DNA from: Octopus vulgaris
Taxonomy: Eukaryota
DNA: 64,000 bases
Reading direction: 5' to 3'
Assembly: GCA_951406725.2 (NCBI GenBank)
Contig: OX597839.1
Location: 2,604,001-2,668,000 of the forward strand
The stretch's first letter is position 1. The number at the start of each line of letters is the position of its first letter. Made by a program: the position numbers and the translations under genes. Positions 1 to 10,807 of the stretch are shown one piece after another. The notes under the pieces were generated by a model. The model worked only from the letters and a program-made list of their open reading frames with translations. It was not told where the DNA came from and searched no databases.

Positions 1-360
1 AATAATAACGGTAAAGGTCTTTTGGCATTCAGGAATGGTGAAAGCAATAAATACTGCTCTACATTATTAAAAGGATGGAAGTAGAGAGGTGTTGGTGATG
101 ATGGGGAAAAGGGATGGGGGGGAGGGGGAGTAAGAGAGTGAGTTGGAGGGGGGTGGGAGAGAGGCTAGATTGACAGATAAATAGATAAATATACAGATAA
201 ATAGTATGGAGAAAGGGAGAGAGAGAGAGAGAGAGAGGGGGTAGATTGACATAAATAAATAGTGTGGAGAGACAGCGATAAAGAGAGAGAGAGAGAGAGA
301 GAGAGAGGTTGACAGATAAATAGACAGATTAATGGTGTGTTGAGAGAGGGAGGAGGAGAG

Positions 361-632
361 AGAGGTAATTGGAATAAGACAGAGAGAGAGAGAGAGAGAG
401 AGAAAGTGACAGAGAAAGAGAAACAAAGATAGTTGGAATGAGAGAGAGGGAGAGAAAGAGAGAGGGGATAGAGATAGAGAGAGAGAGACAAAAAAGGAAT
501 AAGACAGAGAGAGAGAGAGAGAAAGTGACAGAGAAAGAGAAACAAAGATAGTTGGAATGAGAGAGAGGGAGAGAAAGAGAGAGGGGATAGAGGGAAAGAG
601 ATAGATAGAGAGAGAGAGACAAAAAAGGAATA

Positions 633-679
<47 letters not shown>

Positions 680-960
680 TGAAAAAGAAAACAAAAAAAG
701 AAGAGAGTAAATGAGAGAATGACAGAGACAGAGAAAGTGACAGAGAGAGAGAGAGAAAGTGACAGAGAAAGAGAAACAAAGATAGTTGGAATGAGAGAGA
801 GGGAGAGAAAGAGAGAGGGGATAGAGAGAAAGAGATAGAGAGAGAGAGAGACAAAAATGGAATAAGACAGAGAGAGAGAGAGAGAGAGAACTGAAAAAGA
901 AAACAAAAAAAAGAAGAGAGTAAATGAGAGAATGGCAGAGACACAGAAAGTGACAAAGAG
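361..960. repeat. GA-rich compound tandem repeat (about 120-bp higher-order units with embedded (GA)n)
   Basis: The block GGAATAAGACAGAGAG...AAAGTGACAGAGAAAGAGAAACAAAGATAGTTGGAATGAGAGAGAGGG recurs 3-4 times; it explains the spurious SL-rich ORFs at 67-1236. Confidence 0.9.
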
Positions 961-1484
961 CAGAGAGTATGACAGACAAAGATAGATAGATAGATAAACA
1001 GACAGACCAGAGATAGATAGATAGATAAAAACAGACGAGCCGATAGATAGAAAGACAAGATAGACTGACAGAGAGATAAACCAACAGATAGAAAGATAGA
1101 TAAACGGATAAACAGATGAAATCCATAAAATATTCATTACACCAGCATAATACAATAAACTGGGATCATTCTTTGTAAACGATTGTAAAATCCTAACACG
1201 CCCTTCACTCTTCTTCCTAACTGCAGTATTTCCCACTGTTTACATAACATATCATGGACAGTGGAATTTTCATCGTTATTTTTGCTGTTATTATTATTAT
1301 TATTATTATTAAGGCAGCAAGCTGGCAGAATCATCAGCAAGCTGGACAAAGTGCCTCAGGATGGTTTTTTCCCAGTTTCATGACCTTCTGAGGTCCATAA
1401 GATAAGTACCACTGAAGGATTGGGGTTGGTATAATCAACAAGTCGCTCCCCCCAAAATGTCAGGCCTTGTGTGTAAAACACCAC

Positions 1485-1652
1485 ATAAAAAAGCACCCAG
1501 TACAACCTGTGAAGTGGTTGGTATTAGGAATGGCATCCAGCCATAGAATGCTGAAACAGATGACAGGTGCCTGGTGCAGCCTTCCAGCTCCTGTCAAACT
1601 TTCCAACCCATACCAGCATGGAAAACGGACGTTAAGTGATGTTGAGGATGAC
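1485..1652 (+). mobile_element. RTE-LINE 3'-UTR remnant (family E tail)
   Basis: AAAAAGCACCC...TGGTTGGTATTAGGAATGGCATCCAGC...CCCATACCAGCATGGAAAACGGACGTTAAGTGAT; same tail as the one following the RTE ORF at 33334-34092. Confidence 0.75.
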
Positions 1653-1785
1653 ATTTTATAGGTGCAGGTATGGTTGTGTGATAAGAAGCTTTCTTCTTAA
1701 CCACAAGGCCCCTGAGTTCAATCCTCCTCCTTGGCACACCTGCACCTTATACATACATACATACATACATATATATATATAATTC

Positions 1786-1965
1786 TGGCTGAGTCATTAG
1801 CATGCCGGGCGAAATGCTTAGCGGTATTTCGTTCTGAGTTCAAATTCCGCCACGGTCGACTTTGACTTTCATCCTTTAGGGGTCGATGAAATAAGTATCA
1901 GTTACGCACTGAATCGATAAGCTTCTTCCCCCAAAATTTTCAAGGCCTTGTGCCTAGAGTAGAAA
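1786..1965 (+). mobile_element. tRNA-derived SINE family B, diverged copy
   Basis: GTTCTGAGTTCAAATTCCGCC B-box region followed by the central CTTTCATCCTTT.GGGGTCGAT motif shared with 18042-18261. Confidence 0.75.
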
Positions 1966-2018
1966 TAATATATAATTCTTCCCGAGCATTAAACTAATAC
2001 ACCTGCTTGTTGTTCCTA

Positions 2019-2085
<67 letters not shown>

Positions 2086-2090
<5 letters not shown>

Positions 2091-2364
2091 ATAAATATTA
2101 GGGAATAAATCCAAATTTACAGGGAAAAATCAGATTTAGGATTGAATCCAATTTTATAGTAAAATATAATATAATATTAATTAGAGACAAAACCACTATT
2201 ATGCAAATCAAACAAAGAAAGACTTAATCCAATACATAAAAAATTTTATATAAATTAAATATAATTAATTATATTTAATTTATATAAAATTTTTTATGTA
2301 TTGGATTAAGTCTTTCTTTGTTTGATTTGCATAATAGTGGTTTTGTCTCTAATTAATATTATAT
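2086..2364. mobile_element. PLE-like AT-rich non-autonomous element with fold-back end (196-bp perfect palindrome 2169-2364)
   Basis: Arms are exact reverse complements centred at 2266/2267; the sequence is homologous to the tail of the hammerhead-bearing copy at 54850-55185; flanked by (TA)n. Confidence 0.65.
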
Positions 2365-2377
2365 ATATATATATATA

Positions 2378-2857
2378 TCATCATCATTGTTCGACCGTGG
2401 TTGAGACAATGGAATTCACCATGCTACGACAGACTTCACGGTCCATCATGGCATTACGGAGGTCCTGTTGCTGGATGCCTGTATCCCTAGAGATTACATC
2501 AGGGTAGGAGTGTGTGCACCCTCTGGCATTGCGAGTAGATGGCTTCCAGAGGAGGAGAGTAGAAATTACCTCTTTTTCAGCTCTACAACTATGTCCAGCA
2601 AACTGGACTCTCCTACCTTTCACAAGAGATGACACAGGTGGTAGTTTCCCATATATTTGCATTTTGGTTGGATGGCGCTTCCACGAGAGATTTTGAGCTC
2701 TCATAAGGAGGCGAGTGTAGGTTCCATCCAACTGCCTCTCAAGCTTCTTTGATAACGTCCAGGTTTCTGAGCCATATAGTAGAATTGGTTCGACTGTGGC
2801 TTTGAAAATTTCAAGTTTGAAGTCTCTACTTAGATTTGATGGCCAGATCTTATGCAT
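2378..2857 (-). mobile_element. 5'-truncated RTE-clade non-LTR retrotransposon (C-terminal end of RT ORF plus (TGA)n tail)
   Basis: ORF 2384-2857 reads KIFKATVEPILLYGSETWTL...LDGTYTRLLMRA...RRVQFAGHSCR...AMMDREVCR, typical of the post-RT region of RTE LINEs. The stop codon is part of a (TGA)n tail. No internal stops. Confidence 0.92.
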
Positions 2858-3678
2858 GTATTATATATAAAATAATGATGATCATGATGGTATTCACTTT
2901 TCCATTCCAGTATGAGTTCGATGAGTCTTTCTGAGGCAAGTGTTTCACAACTGAATGCTTTTCCCATTAGCAGCCACCACCCACCTTTTAGCTGCTTTTT
3001 TTCAGACATGCTGGCACACAATATGTCTATTCTAAGATTGATAGTACAAGCACTTAGCCTGTAAAAATACTCAGGGTTAGGATTGAATATGTAGAAATAA
3101 AGAACCAATTCTCTGATTTACATAAGACACAGTTGGAGCTGAAGGAGGAGTGCAATAAAGAGAAGAGGAGCTTCTTGTTTGACAAATGCGCAGACAAACA
3201 GGCAAGCAGAAAGACAGACAGACACACAGACAGACAGCCAGGAAAGCAGATATCAAGACACGCACACACACACATATGTACATATGGTTAAACGAATCCA
3301 GCTCCGATACACAAATACAACAAAAGCATTACAGTTCTTGGTAGCGAGAAAGAATGGTATAAAGCATCGATAAATCTAAGAGAAACACCAAAAAATATTA
3401 TTTTAAAATCTTAGACGAAATTATATAACAGAAAAAGAAATAAATAAAGAATTTTGAAAAATAAAGATAAAATACTTTTTAAAAAAATAAAGAAAAATAT
3501 AATTTAATAACAAGAAGAAAAAAAAAATTATGCTTTAACTCTTTAATCTGAATAGGAGCAAAATTTTCAGCAAAAGGTTTTTGATTGATTTATTTTTTTA
3601 ATACATACAAATTTGCTACAGTGGTATGTGTATGTATGTATGTACGTATTTATATGAGTGTCAGTGTGTATATACACG

Positions 3679-3679
<1 letters not shown>

Positions 3680-3717
<38 letters not shown>

Positions 3718-3742
3718 TGTGTGTGCATATATATATATATAT

Positions 3743-3773
<31 letters not shown>

Positions 3774-3849
3774 CATACATATATATACATATATATATAT
3801 ATGTATATATCTATATATCTATATATAATGTATATATATGTGTATATAT

Positions 3850-3880
<31 letters not shown>

Positions 3881-4250
3881 CACACACACACATATATACA
3901 TATATATACATACATATATATATATATACATACATATACATACATAGATATACATATATACATACATATACACATATATATATACATACATATATACATA
4001 TATATACACACACATATATATATATATATATACATATATATACACACACATATATATATATACATATATATACACACACACATATATATATATATACATA
4101 TATATACACACACATATATATATATATACATACACATACATATACATATATATATATATATATATATACACATACATATTATGTATATACATACACATAC
4201 ATATTATGTATATACATACATATATATATATAAAACATATACATACATAT
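3680..4250. repeat. Compound (TA)n/(CA)n microsatellite block
   Basis: Directly visible; source of the YI/HT/CV-rich ORFs. Confidence 0.95.
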
Positions 4251-5477
4251 AGACACAACCATAACTTTCTTACATATTCAATGCTGGCATGTCAAAAATT
4301 GATTTTAACAAGAAGTATACAAACACATGCACTCGTGTGTGTCTCAATGTGTGTGTACATATATGTGCATATATACATACATACTTACACTCACACACAC
4401 ACATAGATGTGAATACATACATACTTACACACACACACACTCACACACAAACACATATCATCATAATCAGTTTTTAGCTCCACTGTTCCGTGGTGGTGTG
4501 ATTCCAATAGTTAAGAAGTGTCTATATTTGTGTGTAAACACACACAAACACACACATGCATGCACATTAGCTTTCACACACACTCACACACACACACACA
4601 CACACACACATACAGATTTCAAGTATGTTAATCTGACAAACACTGAACAACAGAACTAAATGTTCAAATTCAAGATTAACTCCCCTTCCTCTACTCTGTC
4701 ACTTCACCACCACCACTATCACCACTACCCCTCTCTCTCTCTTCCCTGCTCTCCCTTCTTCACTATCCCTCTTTCTTGTACTTTGTCTCTTCCACACTCT
4801 CACTCTCTCTCTCTCTTTCTCGTTCTGTTACTTCGTCTCTTTTTCAGTTCTCTTTCTCTCTCCTTCTCTCTTTTCCCCTTATCTCTCCTCCCTCACTCCC
4901 ACACCAACCCACAACACATTTCTAGCTGTCTTGTACATGTGACCTCTTCCTCCTCCTCCTCTTCCTCCTCCACCTCCCTCTTATCAGACACTCTCCAAAA
5001 ACCCACCCCTCACAAACCATATTTTTCCTTCGTTTTCTTCTCTACTTCCTTTTTCTCTATCTATTTGAAAAAATTCTTCAATTCATATTTCAAAACTGGA
5101 GAGGAAGAGAGACAAAGAGGGAGAGAGAGGGAGGGAGAGAAAGAGAGAGAGGGGGGGAAGGGAGAGAAAGAGAGAGATAGAGAGAAAGGGAAGGAGGTGA
5201 GAGTGGATACAAAGAAAGAGAAAGAGAGATACAAAGAAGAGGAAGAGAGAGAGAGAAAGAGAAGTCCAAGCCACCCTTGACCCACCCAACTACACCCTCT
5301 TTCTCAGTCGCTTCCCCATCTTCTTCAGTATCCTCATCCTGCCCCCCTCAAACAGAAATTAAGTATCTGACACATAATCTATTATTACGGTAAGAAATAG
5401 GAAAATTACTTCTTCAGCAACAGTAACAGCATCGTTGTGTATGTGTGTGTCTGTGTGTGAGTGTGTGTGTGTGTGGT

Positions 5478-5905
5478 GGAGGCCCGTGGCTTAGTGATTA
5501 GGGTGTTGGCGACATGATTGTAAGATTGTGGTTTCAATTCTTAGACTGAGCAAAAGCATTGTGTTCTTGAGCAAGACACTTTATCTCACATTGCTCCAGT
5601 TCACTCAGCTGTAGAAACGAGTTGCGACATCACAGGTGCCAAGCCATATCGTCCATTGCCTTTCCCTTGGATAACAGTGGATTTGGTAGACAGAAACTGA
5701 AAGAAGCCTGTCGTATATATGTATATATATGTATATATGTGTATGTGTGTGTGTTTGAGTGTCTGTGTTTGTGCCCCTAGCATTGCTTGACAACCGATGC
5801 TGGTGTGTTTACGTCCCCGTTACTTAGCGGTTCGGCAAAAGAGACCGATAGAATAAGTACTGGGCTTACAGAGAATAAGTCCCGGGGTCGATTTGCTCGA
5901 CTAAA
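5478..5905 (+). mobile_element. Chimeric SINE: family C tRNA head (5478-5677) joined to the 3' half of family A
   Basis: TGGCTTAGTGATTAGG A-box and GGTTTCAATTC B-box; body matches 43189-43390, then switches at GGATAACAGTGGATTTGG to family A sequence. Confidence 0.75.
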
Positions 5906-6742
5906 GAACAGTGTCGAGTAAATACTTGCTTGAACAAACGGGACCACATTCTTTTCTGCTGAGGCAAATTTTATGCTACAGCAATTCACAGATATGAACA
6001 GTTTTTTTCTTTCAGCACTTTGACTGGTTTTATATACATATATGAGAGTACATTATTTTTCTCTTTTGATTTTATTTTCATCGGCTGGTTTGTCATGTGG
6101 ATTGGTTGTCATCGTTTCATCTGTCAATGCATTGCTTGTTCTGTTTTTCATTGGTTGGTTTTGTTGTGGTTTATCTGCATACTCACTTTATGATTTTATC
6201 CTAAACATCATTTCCTTGTCAGTTTAAAGGTGACTGCATCTGTGCTTGTGTAATGCAGTAGCACATCCTGTTTTTCTAAACTGTATCATGTTTTTTACAA
6301 GAGTTTCTAATTTGTCTATCACTTAGCTATTGGTGGGTTCATTTGATTCACTCATTCATATCCTGTTTCACTGCCCTTATCATTGTATATACTTCATAAA
6401 TTATGTCGTATCTGGCATTGTTAAAGACGCTTCTGATACACTCATATCTGTCCCATTATTTTCAATGACCTGCACAGGGATAAGTGTTTGATACAGTCAT
6501 TAGCCAATTTGTTTAACTATTAACCATCTTGACATTATCTTAATGTTGTTTTCAAGGTTCTCATCTTAATTTTATTATGAAATTGGTCAATGAATAGAAT
6601 TTCTTGTGGGCCAATTTAGCACTCATTACACCAGTATCATTATCATTTTAATATGCACCTTGATCAAGTGTCTTCTACTACAACCCTGTGACTAAAGCCT
6701 TGTGAGTAAATTTTGTAGATGGAAAATTAATGAACCATATCA

Positions 6743-6833
<91 letters not shown>

Positions 6834-7130
6834 GAGTGTGTGTGAGCAAGAGGGTAGGAGTCTTTGTGTCCCATGTGATTGTTAAAAAAAGGAATGTCAT
6901 TCATTTCCAGTGTTGTGCACAAACATGTCTGACCCTGGGGGAATATTACACTGCTTCAAAATAGATAAGAGCTAGCAACAAGAAGGGCATCTTGACATAG
7001 AAAATATACCCCCGACTCCATCCGAGCTATGCAAGCATGGAAAAGCAAACGTTAAAATGATGATGATGATGATGGTGGAAGGCACATATAAACATCACTT
7101 TGGAATGGACACTTTTAAGTAACAATTATA

Positions 7131-7295
7131 GGTGCAGGAGTGGCTGTGTGGTAAGTAGCTTGTTTACCAACCACATGGTTCCGGGTTCAGTCCCACTGCG
7201 TGGCATCTTGGGCAAGTGTCTTCTACTATAGCCTCGGGCCGACCAAAGCCTTGAAAGTGGATTTGGTAGACAGAAACTGAAAGAAGCCCGTCGTA

Positions 7296-7346
<51 letters not shown>

Positions 7347-7555
7347 TTGAGTTTGTGTGTCTGTGTTTGTACCCCTAGCATTGCTTGACAACCGATGCTG
7401 GTGTGTTTACGTCCCCGTCACTTAATGGTTCGGCAAAACAGACTGATAGAATAAGTACTGGGCTTACAAAGAATAAATGCCGGGGTCGAGTTGCTCGATT
7501 AAAGGCGGTGCTCCAGCATGGTCACAGTCAAATGACTGAAACAAGTAAAAGAGTA
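7131..7555 (+). mobile_element. tRNA-derived CORE-type SINE family A, full length
   Basis: GGTGCAGGAGTGGCTGTGTGGTAAG (A box), GGGTTCAGTCCC (B box), CORE-like CTTGGGCAAGT, internal (TA)n(GT)n and (GAGTAAAA)n tail; about 30 copies or fragments in the window. Confidence 0.92.
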
Positions 7556-7564
7556 ATATTCAAG

Positions 7565-7862
7565 ACAGTTCACATTAGTTGGTGTGATGTCATCATCTGG
7601 ATTGTTGCTTTCATCTATGTTCTGGTTGTTGGACGCTCCAGCCTTCTCCAGATATCTCGTGACTCGCCTTAGTGCCTTACCTGGGGTTGAACTCAGAACG
7701 TTAAGCTGACTACACTACATTAACCTGGAGGTTCTGAGCTCAATCTCAGGTGAGGTACTAAGGTGAATCGCAAGGTGTCTGAAGAAGGTTGGAGTGTACA
7801 CAGCCAAAACATAGTGAAGCAACAATCGAGATGAGGTCATCAGTCCAACTAATATAAACTGT
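7565..7862. mobile_element. Old fold-back element with decayed hammerhead cores (related to 8313-8953)
   Basis: 7565-7699 and 7731-7862 are diverged inverted copies. Cores: CTGAAGA-A-GGTTG..CAGCC-AAAAC on + (7779) and CTGGAGA-A-GGCTG..CAACC on - (7645-7651). Confidence 0.65.
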
Positions 7863-7875
7863 GTACATATGTACA

Positions 7876-8290
7876 AGTATGGTTGTGTGATAAGAAGTTT
7901 GCTCCCCAACCACATGATTCTGGGTTCGGTCCCACTGTGTGGAATCTTGGGCAAGGGTCTCCCATTATAGCTTCAGGCCAATCAATGCCTTGTGGGTGGA
8001 TTTGGTAGGCAGAAACTGAAAGAATACCATCGTGTGTGTGTGTGTGTGTGTCTATGTGTGTGAGAAAGAGAGAAAGAGAGAGAGTGTGTGAGTGTGTGTG
8101 TCGCACCACTGCTTGACAATAGGTGTTGGTTTGTTTACATCCCCATAACTTAAGCATTTCGCCAAAAAGCAACTGATAGAATACATACAGAGCTTAAAAA
8201 CAAGACACTGGGTTGATTCATACAACTAAAAATTTTTCAAGGTAGTGGTGCTCCAGCATGGCCACAGTCTAGTGACTAAGACTGATAAAA
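7876..8290 (+). mobile_element. SINE family A, diverged copy
   Basis: Collinear with 7131-7555 with many substitutions. Confidence 0.8.
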
Positions 8291-8516
8291 GATACAAAGA
8301 AAAATTTACCAGTTCTATATTTAAGAGATGAGGAATTATGTACATTATTTACATTTGATGGATATTTGTCCTCATCTTGTTTGATGTTGACACAATGTTT
8401 TGGCTGACATATCCTCCAGCCTTCAACAGGTGTCTTGGGGAAATTGGGCATATAGTGTAGTAGTAAAGAGCATGTGCTATTAACCCCAAGATTCCGAGTT
8501 TGATTCCAGGCAGTGA

Positions 8517-8565
<49 letters not shown>

Positions 8566-8566
<1 letters not shown>

Positions 8567-8736
8567 TGTGCAGTACTTAGAAAATTGCACTACTAGGCAC
8601 TGCACACATCCTACGCAGAACACTTTCCATACAATAACCATCAGAGCATCACAACAAATCACAGCACATACCCAAGGCACACAGAGCTGCGCTCGGTAGT
8701 GAAGTGAAAGCACGCTATAAAAATAAAACTACTGAA
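8566..8736 (+). mobile_element. 3' end of an R4/Dong-clade non-LTR retrotransposon
   Basis: 8581-8637 encodes KIALLGTAHILRRTLSIQ*, which resembles the conserved C-terminus of Dong/R4 elements. A 3'UTR follows, with (TAA)n on both sides, the known Dong target. Confidence 0.8.
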
Positions 8737-8807
8737 CAATAATAATAATAACAACAACATCAAAAAATACCTTAGGAACGAGAACCCAGGTTCGAAATTT
8801 CCCCAAG

Positions 8808-8851
8808 ACACCTGATGAAGGCTGGAGGGTATATCAGCTGAAATGGTGTAT
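8808..8851 (+). ncRNA. Minimal type-I hammerhead ribozyme motif (decayed)
   Basis: ACAC-CTGATGA-A-GGCTG-loop-CAGCT-GAAA-TGGTGT. With the inverted copy (8390-8433), reciprocal CpG decay reconstructs ACAC CTGATGA A GGCTG..CAGCC GAAAC GTT GTGT. Confidence 0.7.
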
Positions 8852-9137
8852 TAACAACAAACAAGATGAGGACAAATACCCATCAAATGTAAATAATGTA
8901 AATAATGTACATAATGTAAAAAACTTTCAATTCCTCATCTCAGAAATATAGAATTACATTGTTAAGTGGTTGATACATCATCATCCTCTTGTGTTTTCCA
9001 ATTATTAATTTTAATCATCCATGATTATAGTAATTAGCCTCCTCGTTATATAAAATACATCATGTCCGTGTGAAATACAATCTCAGAATGAATACTGTTG
9101 TAATTTTGCCTATCTCTCTTCTTTTTTTTTTTTTTTT

Positions 9138-9470
9138 TTTACTTGTTTCAGTCATCGGACAATGGCCATGCTGGAGCACAGCCATTATTTTGGTCGAACA
9201 ATATTTATTCGGTAATTTGTTTGCCATTTCACTGTGGCCATGCTGGAGCACCGACTCGAGGAGTTTGGGTTGAACAAATCAGCTCCAGGACTTTTTTTTT
9301 TGTAAGCCTAGTACTCATTCTATCAGTCTCTTTTGCTGAACTGCTAGGTTATGGAGATGTAAACACACAAACACTGGTTGTCAAACAGTGACAAGAGAAC
9401 AAACACAAAAACATACACACACATAGATATATTAGATATATATATATGACAGGCTTCTTTCAGTTTCCCT
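9138..9470 (-). mobile_element. SINE family A, diverged partial copy
   Basis: Reverse complement of the family A 3' half (TTACTTGTTTCAGTCAT...GGCTTCTTTCAGTTTCC). Confidence 0.7.
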
Positions 9471-10253
9471 CAATATATATATATATATATATCCTATGTA
9501 TTCAGCAACAATAATAAAAAATGTAAAGACTGAGGTTAGAAGACAAGAAATGAATTATAAATGATAGCTACCAATAAAAACTTTTTCTTTTCACAAAACG
9601 GATTTTACATACTTATTTTTTCACTTATTTTTATTTTCCTAAAATTTTCGTTGCATCTTGCAACCTTTTCAATAGTCTTGACTCTGTCCATTATTTACGC
9701 TGCATTCCTTTCTGTTTATTTGTGTGCATGTGTCTGGGTCAGTGTGTGTATGTGTGTGTGTGCCTATGCAGGCATGCATGTACGTAAGTATGTGTGTATG
9801 TATGTATGTATGCATGTGTGTGTATGTATATATGTGTGTGTATGCATATGTATATATGTATGTATGTGCAACTGTATGTATGTATTCTGTATATTCATGT
9901 GGTGCTTGCATGTCCGTGTTTCTGTATTTTCTATGTATGTGTATGTGTGAGCGTGTGTTTGTGTATGTATGCACCTCTGTCTCCTTGTGTGTGCATGTCT
10001 GTGTGTGTGTGTGTGTGTTTTGCAACTATGTACCATGTTTGTATGTATGGATGTGCATCTCTATATGTGTGGACCCGTGTCTCCATATGTCCTTGTGTGG
10101 AGTAAAGTGTGTGTGTGTGTAAATATACACATATGGTCATGTGTTTCAGTCTCTATATATACAAATATGACAAGAAGATATTGGATATAGGATAGATACT
10201 ATCCCTTAGTTGGTTGGATTCACAATCTGTAACTCTCTTTGAATTATATACAA

Positions 10254-10294
<41 letters not shown>

Positions 10295-10619
10295 TTCAAT
10301 TTAGAAACTCCACCAGAATGGATGCAAGTGCTAATATATGATATACGATAGAAGTCATATGATGTATAAAAACATGTAATATACAAATAAATATCTGTAA
10401 ATATAAACCATTCGAATTTCTGAGTACCTCATTTCTTCTATTATAAAATACCTGTACATCATCTCCAAACCTTCTAATATATATATATATATTTATACAC
10501 ATACATATATACAAAGAAGTATATACATATATAGTGAAAGCATGTAATAGTGAAACTATTATATCATATTACAATAGGGATGTTATTGTTTCACTTTTGA
10601 CACAAACAGTGTAAGAGAT

Positions 10620-10807
10620 TGCTCCGGGCTCACATTAGGCAAGTAGTTAAAAACTTTTTGGTCCATGACACTCGATAGACCTTAAATAGGGCATGTGTAA
10701 AATTTGAATAAAATCAATTGGGTAATTCTCGAGTTTTAGTGATGCACACATACACACAGACAGACATACACACATGCACATTCTCAGTGCTATATATATA
10801 TATAGAT
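10620..10807 (-). mobile_element. Probable Helitron/Helentron-type non-autonomous 5' end
   Basis: Minus strand reads ATCTATATATAT...(GTCT) microsatellite...CAAATTTTACACA, similar in layout to the 5' ends at 32888 and 23030. No 3' hairpin found. Confidence 0.4.

Larger units (their letters stand above)
8313..8953 (+). mobile_element. tRNA-headed, hammerhead-containing non-autonomous retroelement with 5' inverted duplication (PLE-terminus/retrozyme-like)
   Basis: 8313-8445 is an inverted copy of about 8796-8953. A/B-box-like head at 8446-8507, hammerhead core at 8808-8851, interrupted by a Dong/R4 fragment. Confidence 0.75.

Noticed and set aside
67-1236. 389-aa and overlapping long ORFs
   Set aside because: Translations of the (TC)n/(TATC)n strand of a compound repeat; open in all three frames with no domain.
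2895-2975. GKAFS...HRTHTG-like zinc-finger hint on the minus strand
   Set aside because: Needs a frameshift, lacks the Cys pair and has wrong His spacing; too weak to call.
3567-4659. Cluster of YI/HT/CV-rich ORFs (also 9561-10190, 53495-54077, 56396-57522, 61727-62227)
   Set aside because: Microsatellite translations.
5905-6640. Unique-looking stretch with Cys-rich peptides on the minus strand
   Set aside because: Frequent stops and no recognisable domain; possibly an old TE but I cannot support a call.
7164-7672. Recurrent ORFs such as MSSNARGTNTDTQ, MTTDAGVFTSP and MLGGQTQT seen many times
   Set aside because: These are readings of SINE family A on either strand, not a gene family.
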